Source: Octopus vulgaris (Eukaryota). Taken from it: a DNA stretch of 64,000 nucleotides. The stretch spans positions 16,802,001 through 16,866,000 of the forward strand of contig OX597834.1 in NCBI GenBank assembly GCA_951406725.2, read 5' to 3'. The notes beneath the pieces were generated by a model. It worked only from the letters and a program-made list of their open reading frames with translations. It made no database searches and was not told where the DNA came from. The position numbers and the translations under genes are program-made. Position 1 is the first letter of the stretch; the number at the start of each line of letters is the position of its first letter. Shown here piece after piece: positions 13,256 through 24,932 of this stretch.

Positions 13256-13556
13256 GGTTAAACTAAAGCGTTAAACTGAGGTGCTGCCCCCGAGTCAGCC
13301 CCTCAGACGCTTTCGGAAATTCCCGATGTGAATTTTCCGAGGCCTCTCCCCCACTCTCCTTTCGCGTGCGCGCATTTTTTTTTTCATATTCGTTTAGAGG
13401 AAGTTGTTTTACACCTATTACACAAATTCTTTTTTGGTAATCTTTCGTTTTAACTCGAAATAATGTAAACACTGAATCGGCCATACATACATACATACAT
13501 ACATACACGCCTTTTTTTTTTGTTTTTTTGACCGGGTTTAACGCTTTAGTTTAACC
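13256..13556. mobile_element. MITE with 21-bp perfect TIR and 8-bp TSD (Merlin-like)
   Basis: TIR ggttaaactaaagcgttaaac / gtttaacgctttagtttaacc; TSD ACAAATAT at 13248-13255 and 13557-13564. Confidence 0.8.
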
Positions 13557-13998
13557 ACAAATATTGTTAGTCGCATACGAATGCATGCACAAAAGTGCAC
13601 CAGAAATTCCAGACTTCTTATGGATGCAACCACCGCAATATCATCATGTTGGTAGCAAACAACGGGTCGATTCCATTTCACTATGTCAAGTAAACAATCA
13701 TGTTTTTATACATTCCTCATATCTTCGAAATTATGCCAGAATTCTTCACATTTCCCAAAAGTTATTATAATATGAAAGAAAACGATTGAATGAAGAAACA
13801 TTAAGAAAAAAAATACCTCGTATAAATCACAGATATTATTAAGTGACCGATGGTGGTATATATTGTTAGTAAACATATATGTCCTACGATGCACTGTGTA
13901 AATAAATATGAGTACTTGTCCGTCAGTAAATTATGATTTCTGCTGAAATAAAAATAATAAAAATCTAGCAAAGAGATTTCTGCGAATAATGAATTAGG

Positions 13999-14018
13999 CA
14001 TCCGGTTGCACATGCGCA
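13999..14018 (-). promoter_or_regulatory. NRF1-like + ETS composite motif, putative ZNF-A promoter
   Basis: TGCGCATGTGCAACCGGATG ~180 bp upstream of the conserved donor; repeated at 18731, 41974, 52785. Confidence 0.6.
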
Positions 14019-14123
14019 TTACGAATGTCAGTGGAAGATGTCGTGTTCACATGAGAATTGTGTCTCATTCGTGTATGGATGTCTGGTGGTACGGGCGCTT
14101 TCAGTCTCTGTTTTAATTTGAAT

Positions 14124-14684
14124 TGACTTCTCATAGAATTCATTTTTCAATAACCCCTTGTGAAAATTTAACAACCAACTTGCAAATATATTCCTGACAG
14201 GGATGTAGGAGAATTTTGCTAATGGTCTCAGGCAGGGGTTGTAAATAATTGATTGGAACCTCTCTGACTTCTCACAGAATTCATTTTTCATAACCTCTTG
14301 TGAAAATTTAACAACCAACTTGCAAATATATTCCTGACAGGGATGTAGGAGAATTTTGCTAATGGTCTCAGGCAGGGGTTGTAAATAATTGATTGGAACC
14401 TTTCTGACTTCTTACAGAATTCATTTTTCATAACATCTTGTGAAAATTTAACAACCAACTTGCAAATATATTCCTGACAGGGATGTAGGAGAATTTTGCT
14501 AATGGTCTCAGGCAGGGGTTGTAAATAATTGATTGGAACCTCTCTGACTTCTCACAGAATTCATTTTTCATAACCTCTTGTGAAAATTTAACAACCAACT
14601 TGCAAATATATTCCTGACAGGGATGTAGGAGAATTTTGCTAATGGTCTTAGGCAGGGGTTGTAAATAATTGATTGGAACCTTTC
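14124..14684. repeat. 4 x 140-bp tandem repeat; unit = ZNF 5'UTR/start codon + hAT terminal ~31 bp
   Basis: tgaaaatttaacaacc at 14161, 14301, 14441, 14581; caggggttgtaaataattgattgg at 14233, 14373, 14513, 14653. Confidence 0.95.
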
Positions 14685-17058
14685 CAATCAATCAATTTGG
14701 ATGCAGGCCAATCAATTATTGCAATGAATTGTCAATTAGTTTGGCCAGCATAAAAACACCATATATTTTGTAGTGTTAGCTTCGATTTAGATAAGAGCCA
14801 AAATTACAGGAAAATAAAGACACATCTTTATAGTTTTAAAAAACTTTATTATCAGAAAATGTTCAAAGTTCAATTTTCTTGATTTGGAATAGGGAACAAA
14901 CATGTATACTCTACATTGTACAGTGGTTGTAAAACAAATTGAAGGTCTTTAATTAAAAGAGTTTCTCAAACGAGTGGCACAATTCAAATTTTCTAATATA
15001 GCAAAATGTCATGAACGAGTACAGATTTCTGAAACTAGGTCTTCATCCCAGAAAGCGCGATTGACTTTTAGAAATAATTGCATTTCTAAATTCATCGGTG
15101 TTAAGTATTGCCAAAAATCATTAAAAGCATAACCTGCTGAGCTGAAGAAACGTTCCAAGATGTTGGATGTTGGTAACAAAAATCTACAGTTCAGATACTG
15201 CTGAGGTGAAATTTTATTTTTCTTTTGTTTTTTCAGACAAATTGAAGCAAAATCATCATCTTCTACAGGTAGATCAGACTGTTGTGACGTGTCTGTCACC
15301 ACTTTCAGCTGATGGAGAGCAGCCACTTCATCCACAGTAAGCTCTGTTTCTGCATGCTGTAAAATTTTCACAGCTCCACTTTCAAAATTTGGGCTGTGCA
15401 CAATCGCTGCCGATGGAAGCAAATATTCTTTAAACTCCTCGTAAGGATACAATGCAAGAATTTCGTCAAAAAGAATTCGAGCATCTCCCAAATCTAATTC
15501 TGTTCTTTGCAAGGCAATTGTTACTGAGCGTAACTTTCCTAAATTGTCTTTTAGAGTCTGCAAATCATTATGATCGAGTTGAGTCAACAGATAATCGACC
15601 AGCTTTGGATCGTCCTGAAAAGAGTCTAAAAACGGCTTGAGTTGGATGTACCTTTCAATCATGTCATAAGTAGTGGTCCAACGAGTTTTATTTCTTTGTA
15701 TAGGTTGCAAAGGCGTTTTTTCCCGAAGTTTACCTGCCAGTTTTAATGACTTTAGCTTGCCCATCAACGTATTAATTTTATTAAGCAGAACTTCCTGCTT
15801 GTCAAGATAAGCAGAAACAGCTAGATTGAATTTATGAAAGGCACATCCAATCAATGGTATTCTACACAAATTTGCTATAGATTTATTCACTTCGGTGTTA
15901 TCGCCTGTAATAGCTACAACATTTTCTAAATTTTTGTTATAGACACTTAACACATACTCTATAAATTCGACATAATCAGAAGCAGTGAATGATGTTTCAC
16001 TGACCATTGGTGAAAATGCCAGCAAAACAGTACAATAGTCATTTTGATAATTGCACGAATACGATGCAAAAAGTCCAATGAAATGCGTCGAGCCCTTAGT
16101 CCAGCCATCGATTACCAACAAAAATTTACTTGGAAGTTCATCAGATATTTTCTTTTCCACTTCTTGAGTAAGTTTCTCCATATATTTCTTTATGGTCACA
16201 TTTGTTATACTTCCCAGGTTTGTGTACTTATGAGTCAGTGGGTCTTCAGTAAAGGAAAATGGTTTTAAACCAACACAAACCCACTCAATCCAACCATAAA
16301 CATTTAAAGCCGAGCGACTGACCAAACTACTTCTTGGTGAAAGAAAACTCGATGAAGACGGTTGTCCAGTAGCTTGTGTAGTAGAATATTCTGGGTGCTG
16401 GTTTTTTATATGATTCATAAGGTTTGTCCATCCAGTTCCTTTTTTCTGGGTCAACTTTTTTCCACACTTGCATTTCCATACATGTTCACTGTCTGTTTGG
16501 TTAAAATATTTTCTGACGATTTGCTCATTTTCACGCGGCATGGGTTAGTTTAAAATAGATGATGTTTCGCTACAGTTTAAAATAGAAGATATTTCACCAC
16601 TCCACTGATGAAAATCTGGTTCAGTTAATATATTGGGGCAAAATTCAAGATACAACTGTGCTGCAGGCGAAGTTATGATTTAATGACTTGAAGACAGAAT
16701 GTGTGAATTGTTCTTGGCAATCAGAACCAAGAGTCAACACTTGACAGCGGTTATTTGACAACATACACAATAGCCAATTCCAAAGCACAATAGAATGTGT
16801 ATCATTCTCAGCAGTCCGAATCAAGCATCAACACTTGACAACAGACATAATAGTCAATTCTTAAGCGCGACAGAATGTGTGGATCATTCTCAGCAGTCAA
16901 CACAATACTTCCAATAATAATTGAACGTCAAATGGAGTATGAGCCATTTAAAAAATTTTTTCGATGACAATATTGCAATTAATTGATATGATAGCAATCA
17001 ATTATTTAATTGGCAATATGACTCCAATCAATTAACTGGACTAATATAGTGCAATTAT
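14653..17058 (-). mobile_element. hAT DNA transposon (~2.4 kb), one TIR intact, the other mostly deleted
   Basis: Left end CAGGGGTTGTAAATAATTG; CAATCAATT-like subterminal repeats at both ends; host UTR (ggtcttagg | aggtcacaac) resumes on both sides. Confidence 0.85.
15009..16541 (-). CDS. hAT-family transposase with BED zinc finger (510 aa, intact)
   Basis: BED finger (YF..WKCKC..TNLMNHIKNQH), catalytic D (IDGWT), D (GDNT), CxxH (CAFH), TRW, E (SNILERFFS), C-terminal dimerisation-like segment; AATAAA downstream at 14845-14850 on the minus strand. Confidence 0.9.
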   Translation of the reverse strand: MPRENEQIVRKYFNQTDSEHVWKCKCGKKLTQKKGTGWTNLMNHIKNQHPEYSTTQATGQPSSSSFLSPRSSLVSRSALNVYGWIEWVCVGLKPFSFTEDPLTHKYTNLGSITNVTIKKYMEKLTQEVEKKISDELPSKFLLVIDGWTKGSTHFIGLFASYSCNYQNDYCTVLLAFSPMVSETSFTASDYVEFIEYVLSVYNKNLENVVAITGDNTEVNKSIANLCRIPLIGCAFHKFNLAVSAYLDKQEVLLNKINTLMGKLKSLKLAGKLREKTPLQPIQRNKTRWTTTYDMIERYIQLKPFLDSFQDDPKLVDYLLTQLDHNDLQTLKDNLGKLRSVTIALQRTELDLGDARILFDEILALYPYEEFKEYLLPSAAIVHSPNFESGAVKILQHAETELTVDEVAALHQLKVVTDTSQQSDLPVEDDDFASICLKKQKKNKISPQQYLNCRFLLPTSNILERFFSSAGYAFNDFWQYLTPMNLEMQLFLKVNRAFWDEDLVSEICTRS

Positions 17059-17312
17059 AGGTCACAACATTTCACATCAATTCCATCACAAAATTATAGA
17101 AACAGGATTATATCCATCCTGTGTAACAACTTCCTTTAAAAGATGATAAATATTGATGATGCATCTGAAGAAATACTTTTATACCAATGTTATCTGATAT
17201 TTTTCTGAAATAATAGAGAAACAGTATAAGATACAGGGGATACTTAAAAGTAGATTCAGTGATGGAAAATTCACTACATTTCAATATTGATAAACTGTAA
17301 ATATAAACATTT

Positions 17313-17857
17313 ACTCTCTTTACTCTTTTACTTGTTTCAGCCATTTGACTGCGGCCATGCTGGAGCACCGCCTTTAGTCGAGCAACTCGACCCTGGGACT
17401 TATTCTTTGTAAGCCCAGTACTTATTCTGTCGGTCTCTTTTGCCGAACCGCTAAGTGATGGGGACATAATTTACAATGTCAGAACATATTTACAAAGTCA
17501 GAAAACAGCACAGCTCCCATGACTTCAGGAAACATTTTTTCACGCTGAGAGTTGCTGAAGCATGGAACAAACTGCCAGCATCAGTTGTTAGTTGTCGGAG
17601 CACTGCATCCTTCAAAACTTCCATGCTTTCTGAGATTCGCCAACACTACACCTGATTTTCTCCCCTCCATACACACACAGGCATGTATCTGACTCATACA
17701 TTGTTCGCTTCCCAGACATTTTTACATTACTGCATGTACTTTATATGCATTTTCTGACAAGTTGTGGTGCACCTGAGCACTGTATACAATAATTTCATTA
17801 TTATTATATAAACACACCGGCATCGGTTGTCAAGCAATGCTAGGGGGACAAACACAA
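17313..17857 (-). mobile_element. 3' half of a family 1 SINE, split by a CR1 fragment
   Basis: SINE sequence stops at gggacataa (~17469) and resumes at ataaacacacc (~17808). Confidence 0.75.
17470..17807 (+). mobile_element. CR1-clade LINE 3' end
   Basis: IYKVRKQHSSHDFRKHFFTLRVAEAWNKLPASVVSCRSTASFK, then 3'UTR and (ATT)n tail; second copy at 60108-60441. Confidence 0.8.
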
Positions 17858-18730
17858 ATAGGTGTAAAAAAAAGTATAGAAAATGAATATTAATTTTTTT
17901 TTTTTTTACACCTATTAGATGGGTTCTTCTTTGTTTTGGTGACCGGGTGTTAAACTATAAATTAACCGATCGTTCATCGGCGATCGATTACTGTTTGACC
18001 CTAGATCAATTCTGACTGAGCAGAACATTGAATCTAGTGTGAAACTATAAATTTACCCAACATTGTTGCAGATATACACGATCCGTTATCTCTCTTAAAT
18101 ATTACATGTTATTCCATCTTCATTTTTATTTAATACTGTTTATAATTAAACACATTTAAGTTAGTATAATGTACTGGTCTATATTCGTAATGCATATTTT
18201 GGAATGGAAACTATTTTCTCGTAGTAAACAGTATTGCATTTCCTTCTCAAAACATAGGGAACAGAATTATGCAATGTAACAATGTTTAAGAATGTGTATT
18301 ACGGAAGAAAAAAAAACAATTTAGATAACTTAGAAGTTATTAATTAAATACAGTCCTAGGGCAAAAATATATTAATTGTAAGATACAATAATATATAAGA
18401 ATCGGCATAACTACAAATGTGTAAATCCCACCCGCCCACCGACTTTGTTGCCTCATCGAAATTACGCCGGCAATTCTTCAGAAATGATAACATGAATGAA
18501 TGAAAACAAAAAAGAAAAAGATTGAATGAAGAGAACATTAAGAAAAAATACCTCGTATAAATCACAGTAATTATTTAGTCATTGATAGTGATCTATGTTG
18601 TGAGTAAACACATATATGTCCTACAATGCACTGTATAAACATGAGTACTTGTCTGTCAGTAAATAACGATTTCTGCCGAAATGATAAAATAATTATTTAG
18701 CAGACATTCCATTGCCAATATAAGATTAGA

Positions 18731-18750
18731 CATCCGGTTGTACATGCGCA
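18731..18750 (-). promoter_or_regulatory. NRF1-like + ETS motif, putative promoter of ZNF-psi1/transposase
   Basis: TGCGCATGTACAACCGGATG ~180 bp upstream of the donor at 18551. Confidence 0.55.
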
Positions 18751-18904
18751 TCACCAATAATAGTGGAAGCTGTCTTGTTGACATGTGAATGGGGTTCATT
18801 CATCTGTGTGTGTATTATATGCAACGCATCCCTTCTTTTTTAGGATAAATGAACTTTTGTTTAATGTAAAATTAATACCGGTACTTATACCGTAACATCA
18901 CCTT

Positions 18905-19556
18905 AAATGGGACTTAATTTATCGATCTCAAAAGGATGAAAAGCGTACTCGACCTCGGCGGAATTTGAACTCAGAACCTAACAGCAGACGAAATACCTAT
19001 TTCTTTACTACCCACAAGGGTCTAAACACAGAGAGGACAAACAAACGGATTAAGTCGATTACATCGACCCCAGTGCGTAACTGGTACTTATTTCATCGAC
19101 CCCGAAAAGATGAAAGGCAAACTCGACCTCGGCGGAATTTGAACTCAGAACGTAACAGCAGACGAAATACCTATTTCTTTACTACCCACAAGGGGCTAAA
19201 CATAGAGGGGACAAACAAGAACAGATATAGGTATTAAGTTGATTACATCGACCCCGAAAGGATGAAAGGCAAAGTCGACCTCGGCGGAATTTGAACTCAG
19301 AACGTAACAGCAGACGAAATACCTATTTCTTTATTACCCACAAGGGGCTAAACACAGAGGGGACAAACAAGGACAGACATAGGTATTAAGTCGATTACAT
19401 CGACCCCAGTGCGTAACTGGTGCTTAATTTATCGACCCCAAAAGGATGAAAGGCAAAGTCGACCTCGGCGGAATTTGAACTCAGAACGTACCGGCAGACG
19501 AAATACCGCTAAGCATTTCTCCCGGCGTGCTAACGTTTCTGCCAGCTCGCCGCCTT
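18905..19556 (-). mobile_element. Concatemer of Meta-domain SINE (one full copy + three 5'-truncated units)
   Basis: tcgacctcggcggaatttgaactcag occurs four times; one head (ggcggcgagctggcagaaacg) at the right end. Confidence 0.85.
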
Positions 19557-19833
19557 ACCTTAGCGACTGATAATACACAGAAGAGGTTAAGAAGCGTAAA
19601 AGATTATAAGCTCTGAGCAGTTCTCTCCCCTCGAGGAAAAATTCCCCTCCCTTTTATTTCTGAGCAAATTCTTTCTCTCTGGCTCTTTTTACTCAAAAAG
19701 CAACTATAAGTCTTTTACCATCGACAATCGCCAGTCAGAATCCGCTGAGGAATTTCTCAGTTAATGGGTGTGTAGTAACAATACATATGACAAGCGTTAC
19801 TCACTTCTTAATAACAGCTGTGGTTTATACGAG

Positions 19834-21603
19834 GTATTTTTCTTAATGTACTTCCTTCATTCGATCGTTTTTCTTTTCACTTTCATTAATGTAAATTTTG
19901 TGTAACGTAAAGAATTACAGCGTAATTTCGAAGATGGTAAGGAACCTATAAATGCATGGCATTGTTATGAAATAGTGAAATCAAAGTTTACTTCCAATGT
20001 TAAATTGTAGAGGTTACAAACATAAGAAGTCCATCATTTCTGATGACACTTATACCTTATTGTACTTTACAATTAATATTAATTAATATTGTTATCCCTA
20101 CGTCTGCATTTAACTAATAACTTCTAAGTTTCTTAAATTGCATTTTTTCTCTCCCGTAATTCACATTCTTTTACTGTGGAAGTATTATTAATTAACTCTT
20201 TAACATTGTTACATCGCAAAATTTTGTTCCGTATGTTTTGAAAAGGAAATTAAATACTTTATACTACAAGGAAATGATTTCCAAATACTTTATACTATGA
20301 GGAAATATTTTCTATTCCAAAGCATGTGTATTACGAGAATAGAACAATACATTATACTAACTTAAATGTGTTTAATTATAAACAACCTTAAAGAAAAGAA
20401 ATAAAGGTGGAATAACGTGTAATTTTAAAGAGAAATAACTGATCTAGTATGTCAACAACGAATTTTTTTGCTCTGTCCCAATTAAACAGTATTCGAAAGA
20501 TGACGCATCAGTTTCTGAACAGAAAGCCCCCATGTCCACTATTTAATAGTTTAACAAATGATATAATAGTGTTGCTGTAGCTAGTTATATATATAAACTT
20601 CACGTGTGATTCTTACGTAATCTTAATAACAAATGTTGGTGGAATTGTGGTTTTAAGTCCCCCGTAAAATCTCGCGTAATTTTTCTTATTTCTCCCAAAT
20701 TTTCAAACTACTTTCCTGTATTCGGCGGAGGTAAAGGTCATAGACTGCACATCCCTTGGGTTTTGGGGGTGGGGTTATTTTTACATGAACACACTATATC
20801 GAGGGTGGAGATTCCGAATCCTAAAAAAAAATCTGCATTCCAAAATTTAAATCCCCCCTCCCCTTAAAGTTCTTAAATTTTCACTTTTTTTAGAAAAATT
20901 TTTAGGCGAAATATGTCGAATTTAGGAGAGGGGGATTTAAATTTTGAAATGCAGATTTTTTTGCAAATTCAGAATCTCTGCCCTCGATGTAGTGTGTTCA
21001 TGTAAAAGTAAAACCCCCAAAAAGTCCCAAAGGGGGTGCTGTCCATGATCATTACCTCCGCCCTGTATTCTACACAGGAATTCATACAGTTATTAAAAAA
21101 TGAAAAATGTTTTTCAAATTTACAAACAAAATGTTTTTTAAACTTTCGAATTTTTCGAAATCAGAATCTGAAATGCGGACAGTACAAAGTTTTTGGTTAC
21201 ATCTTGGCAACGGACCATTAAATATGTTTCTGTGGAGAAAGATATTAGTAAACACCTATACGTCAGTGAAAAAGAAATGATAAAGGTATCAGGTGGTCAT
21301 AAGATGTGCTAAAAATAACAGCTAAATAGCCCTTCAATCCCACAAACAGAATTTGTTGCTTTGTTTTTCAATAATTCTCCTGTATCGAACACAAATTTAC
21401 AAAAAATTTTCTGAGGATTCCAAAGTATAAGGGGTTACATAGGGCTCTTAAACCAGAATTCCACCCACATTTTTTACAGCTCATATGTTGACATAAATGT
21501 TTATATTTACACTTTATCTCTGTTGAAATGTAATATATTTTTCCATCATTGAGTCTACTTTTAAACATACCCTGTATCTCATACTGTTTCTCTATTATTT
21601 CAG
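19834..21603 (+). other. Inferred 5'UTR intron of ZNF-B
   Basis: Conserved donor tttatacgag|gtatttt and acceptor ctattatttcag|aaatatc. Confidence 0.7.
20724..21062. mobile_element. Foldback MITE, ~140-bp imperfect TIRs, 8-bp TSD
   Basis: Ends ggcggaggtaa / ttacctccgcc; TSD CTGTATTC at 20716-20723 and 21063-21070. Confidence 0.8.
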
Positions 21604-21963
21604 AAATATCAAAATGACATTGGCTTAATAGTACTTAGATGTATCATTGATATTTATCATCTTTCACAAAGTAAAGGAGGTTGCTACACAAAATGGATAT
21701 ATTCTTGCATCTGTAGATCTGTGATAGAATTGGTGTTACATAATTGTTGTTGTGACCTCAGACCATTAGCAAAATTTTCATATTTCATTGCCTGGAACAT
21801 CTACAAGAGTTGGTTGCTTTCCATTTTAAACTTGGACATATTTATAACGGAAGTTGCAGTATCTTCAAACATCAACAAAGGTGACGCTTTATGGAGATAT
21901 AGTCATAGAAATACTTCAAAGAATACAAGAACAAGAGACGAAAGTTGACAGAGAAGAATAATT

Positions 21964-23163
21964 ATGGAAAATGAATTCTGTGAGGAATCAATTGAAATTA
22001 AAACAAAGTGTGACAGACTTGATTTTCCTGTTGAGATTCAGAATGAGAGAAAAAAAAGATTGTACTCATGTGATGTCTGTAAAAAGTCGTTCTCTCAGAA
22101 AAGTCGCCTAACTGATCACAAATTTTTTCATACCAGAGAGAAACTATATCATTGTGATATCTGTGGTAAATCATTTTCTAAAAGTAGTTCCTTAATTACT
22201 CACAAACGTATTCATACAGGAGATAAGCCATACCATTGTGATATCTGTGGTAAATCTTACTCTCAGATTGGTCACTTAAATAATCACAAACGTTTTCATA
22301 CAGGGGAGAAACCATATCAATGTGATATCTGTGGTAAATCACTCACTACAAATGGTATGTTAACAAGTCACAGACGTATTCATACAGGAGAGAGACCATA
22401 CCATTGTGATATCTGCGGTAAATCATTCTCTCACATGTCATCCTTAAGTACTCACAGAGGTGTCCATTCAGGTGAGAGACCATTTCACTGTGAGATTTGT
22501 GGTAAATCATTTAAGGATAGAAGTAAATTAAGGAGACACATATATGTTCATACAGGAGAAAAACCCTATAGCTGTAATACCTGTGGTAAATCATTCAGTC
22601 AAAATGTTGACTTGAATAAGCACATACGGATTCATACAGGTGAAAAACCATATCACTGTGATATCTGTGGTAAATCTTGCTCTCAAAGTAGTGATTTAAT
22701 TAAACATAAGCGTGTTCATACAGGAGAGAAACCGTATCACTGTGATATCTGTGGTAAATCATTTTCTGATGGTAGTACCTTAATTCACCATAAACGAGTT
22801 CATACAGGAGAAAAACCGTTTCACTGTGATATCTGTGGTAAATCTTTCGCTAAAGGTAGTGATTTAACTAAGCATAAGCGTGTTCATACAGGAGAAAAAC
22901 CATATCACTGTGATATCTGTGGTAAATGTTTCTCAAGAAATAGTGCCTTACTTATACATATGCGTATCCATACAGGAGAAAAGCCATATCAGTGTGATAT
23001 CTGCGATCAGTCATTCTCCAGGAATACAAGCTTAAATCTACACAAACGTACTCATACAAGTGAAAAACCATATCACTGTGTTCTCTGTGGAGAATCGTTC
23101 TCTCAACGAAGGAACTTATCTAGACACAAATATGTCCATAGAGCAGGGAAGTTGTTTCTTTGA
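21964..23163 (+). CDS. C2H2 zinc-finger protein ZNF-B (399 aa, 13 fingers)
   Basis: Intact ORF; a 14th finger is cut off by a small deletion at ~23160. Confidence 0.9.
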   Translation: MENEFCEESIEIKTKCDRLDFPVEIQNERKKRLYSCDVCKKSFSQKSRLTDHKFFHTREKLYHCDICGKSFSKSSSLITHKRIHTGDKPYHCDICGKSYSQIGHLNNHKRFHTGEKPYQCDICGKSLTTNGMLTSHRRIHTGERPYHCDICGKSFSHMSSLSTHRGVHSGERPFHCEICGKSFKDRSKLRRHIYVHTGEKPYSCNTCGKSFSQNVDLNKHIRIHTGEKPYHCDICGKSCSQSSDLIKHKRVHTGEKPYHCDICGKSFSDGSTLIHHKRVHTGEKPFHCDICGKSFAKGSDLTKHKRVHTGEKPYHCDICGKCFSRNSALLIHMRIHTGEKPYQCDICDQSFSRNTSLNLHKRTHTSEKPYHCVLCGESFSQRRNLSRHKYVHRAGKLFL

Positions 23164-24089
23164 TATTTGTGGTAAATCGTTCTCTACAAATTTTCAATTG
23201 ACTTGACACAGTCGTCTTTATACACAGGAGTGACCATATCACAGATATATTTTTTGGCTGCTCCTCTGAATACCTCTTGAAACAGAAGAGGTCATGTCAA
23301 CTTGATAAACTAATTTCTTTAGGCAATGACTAAACAAGACACAGCCATTAAAATGAAAGACAAACCATACCACAGTAACATCTGTAGACACAAAAGAGAT
23401 AAGGGATGACAGGGGGCCCGAGACTCTTGCAATTTGCTGTTTGGAAAGACATAAAGCTAAGTAAAAGCTTGGTTGCCCTTGCATACAGTCTTGTCACTTA
23501 CGGTCCTCTCTGGCTGAGTATTCCTAATATTGCTGGTTTGTAAGTGATAGTGCCATGCAAAAGGCACCTGTGCTGGTGCTGCATAAGGGTAGCCAGGACA
23601 CTGTCAAGTGGATGGCATCCAGGTGTGGAAACCATGCCAAAACAGACAAATGCAGCCTGAACAGCCTTTCAGCTGATGAGGTCCTGCCAAACCATTTAAC
23701 CCTTGCCAGCATGAAAAATGCACTTTAAATGATGATGACTGATGATGTTACTAATTTTTGCACTTCAACTGATGGGCGATGTCATCGACACTGGTGTGCC
23801 ATAAGATATACTGTGACAGTGAGGAGGTTTAGAGTCACATATAAGTTTTGTTAATCAAGTATTTAGTTGCTGTCTCCTGTCCTTGTGGAGCAGCTGCTTA
23901 GACTTCTAGATGAGACATGATGTATATATTGCATGTCTAGGAGAGGTTTCTATTCCTTTCCATGTTGCTGGCATTCTCTAGAGAGTGTATTCACGCATAA
24001 CTTTCTGCCCAAATGATGGTTATTTCTCTTCCAAGTGTCCAACAAGTATTGTCCAGCTCCTTTGTGTGTGTATGTGTGTATGTATATAG

Positions 24090-24120
<31 letters not shown>

Positions 24121-24932
24121 TCTATTATGTAGACAAATAGATAGATCTTTATATATATATATACACTCCTCTATATATATTACATACAAAATTAAGAGGA
24201 ATGACCACAAAAGTGGACTCCTAATGTGCTAAATATAGACGTCAAATCGCCATTACCATGAAGAGTGTGTTCTCAAGAAAAAAATTTCAGCAAAATGCTA
24301 AAATGTAAAAATGAGCAAGACAAATGAAAATATATGAAATAAAAACCGATTACCTACGTACCATGGTTTCACTTGTTAATGTTTATGTATGTAAATATCT
24401 GCAAGATCGTCAGCGTAGTCTGTCGCTTACAAAACACAACTTTTAATCTTCGGATTTTTGAAAAATATGCTAAGCCACTGGTTTTAATTGATTAATATCA
24501 ATTTCTACCCTCATTATTTAATTTTAGACCTATATATATGTAGATAGATAGGTACATACATACATATAAATAAAAGAAAAAGTATATATATAATTAAATA
24601 TGTGTGTGTGAAATTCAGAAATTCAACTCGGAGCATAAAGTTAGAAGTGATGACGTGAAGCATTTCATCCGGAGTAGTAATGAGGTTACCTGCTCGCCTT
24701 CTTTGAGATTATACATAATATATGTATATGATATCCTCTGTATTATGCAAAAATAAAAAGGTATTTCACATTGAAATAGCTGAAAAGCATGTTTTGTTTT
24801 TTTTATTTTATTTTAAAATCTGGTACTTATGCACCAAAGTGTGTGCATGCATTTATATATATTTATATACTGTAAGCGTTCACGTGTGAGTGTCTTTAAT
24901 TAATTCTGTTATTACTTCCAATCCTTCTCTTG

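Larger units (their letters stand above)
12091..13816 (-). other. Inferred 5'UTR intron of ZNF-A
   Basis: Donor tttatacgag|GTattttt and acceptor tactgtttctctattatttcAG|aaatatc, both conserved across seven paralogous units. Confidence 0.7.
14097..18750 (-). pseudogene. Disrupted paralog ZNF-psi1: promoter, exon 1, intron (17205-18551), acceptor, 5'UTR and first ~18 codons kept; finger array deleted; hAT inserted in the 5'UTR
   Basis: 17059-17305 aligns with ZNF-A ~11937-12190; 14097-14150 encodes (L/M)[17 protein letters not shown] then jumps to the ZNF-A upstream region. Confidence 0.8.

Noticed and set aside
14124-14684. CRISPR-like appearance of the regular array
   Set aside because: Units are near-identical along their whole length with no unique spacers, the context is eukaryotic and there are no cas genes.
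14028-16541. Transposase-ZNF fusion protein
   Set aside because: The transposase has its own stop and polyA signal, the downstream ZNF remnant is only ~18 codons, and no supporting splice sites were identified.
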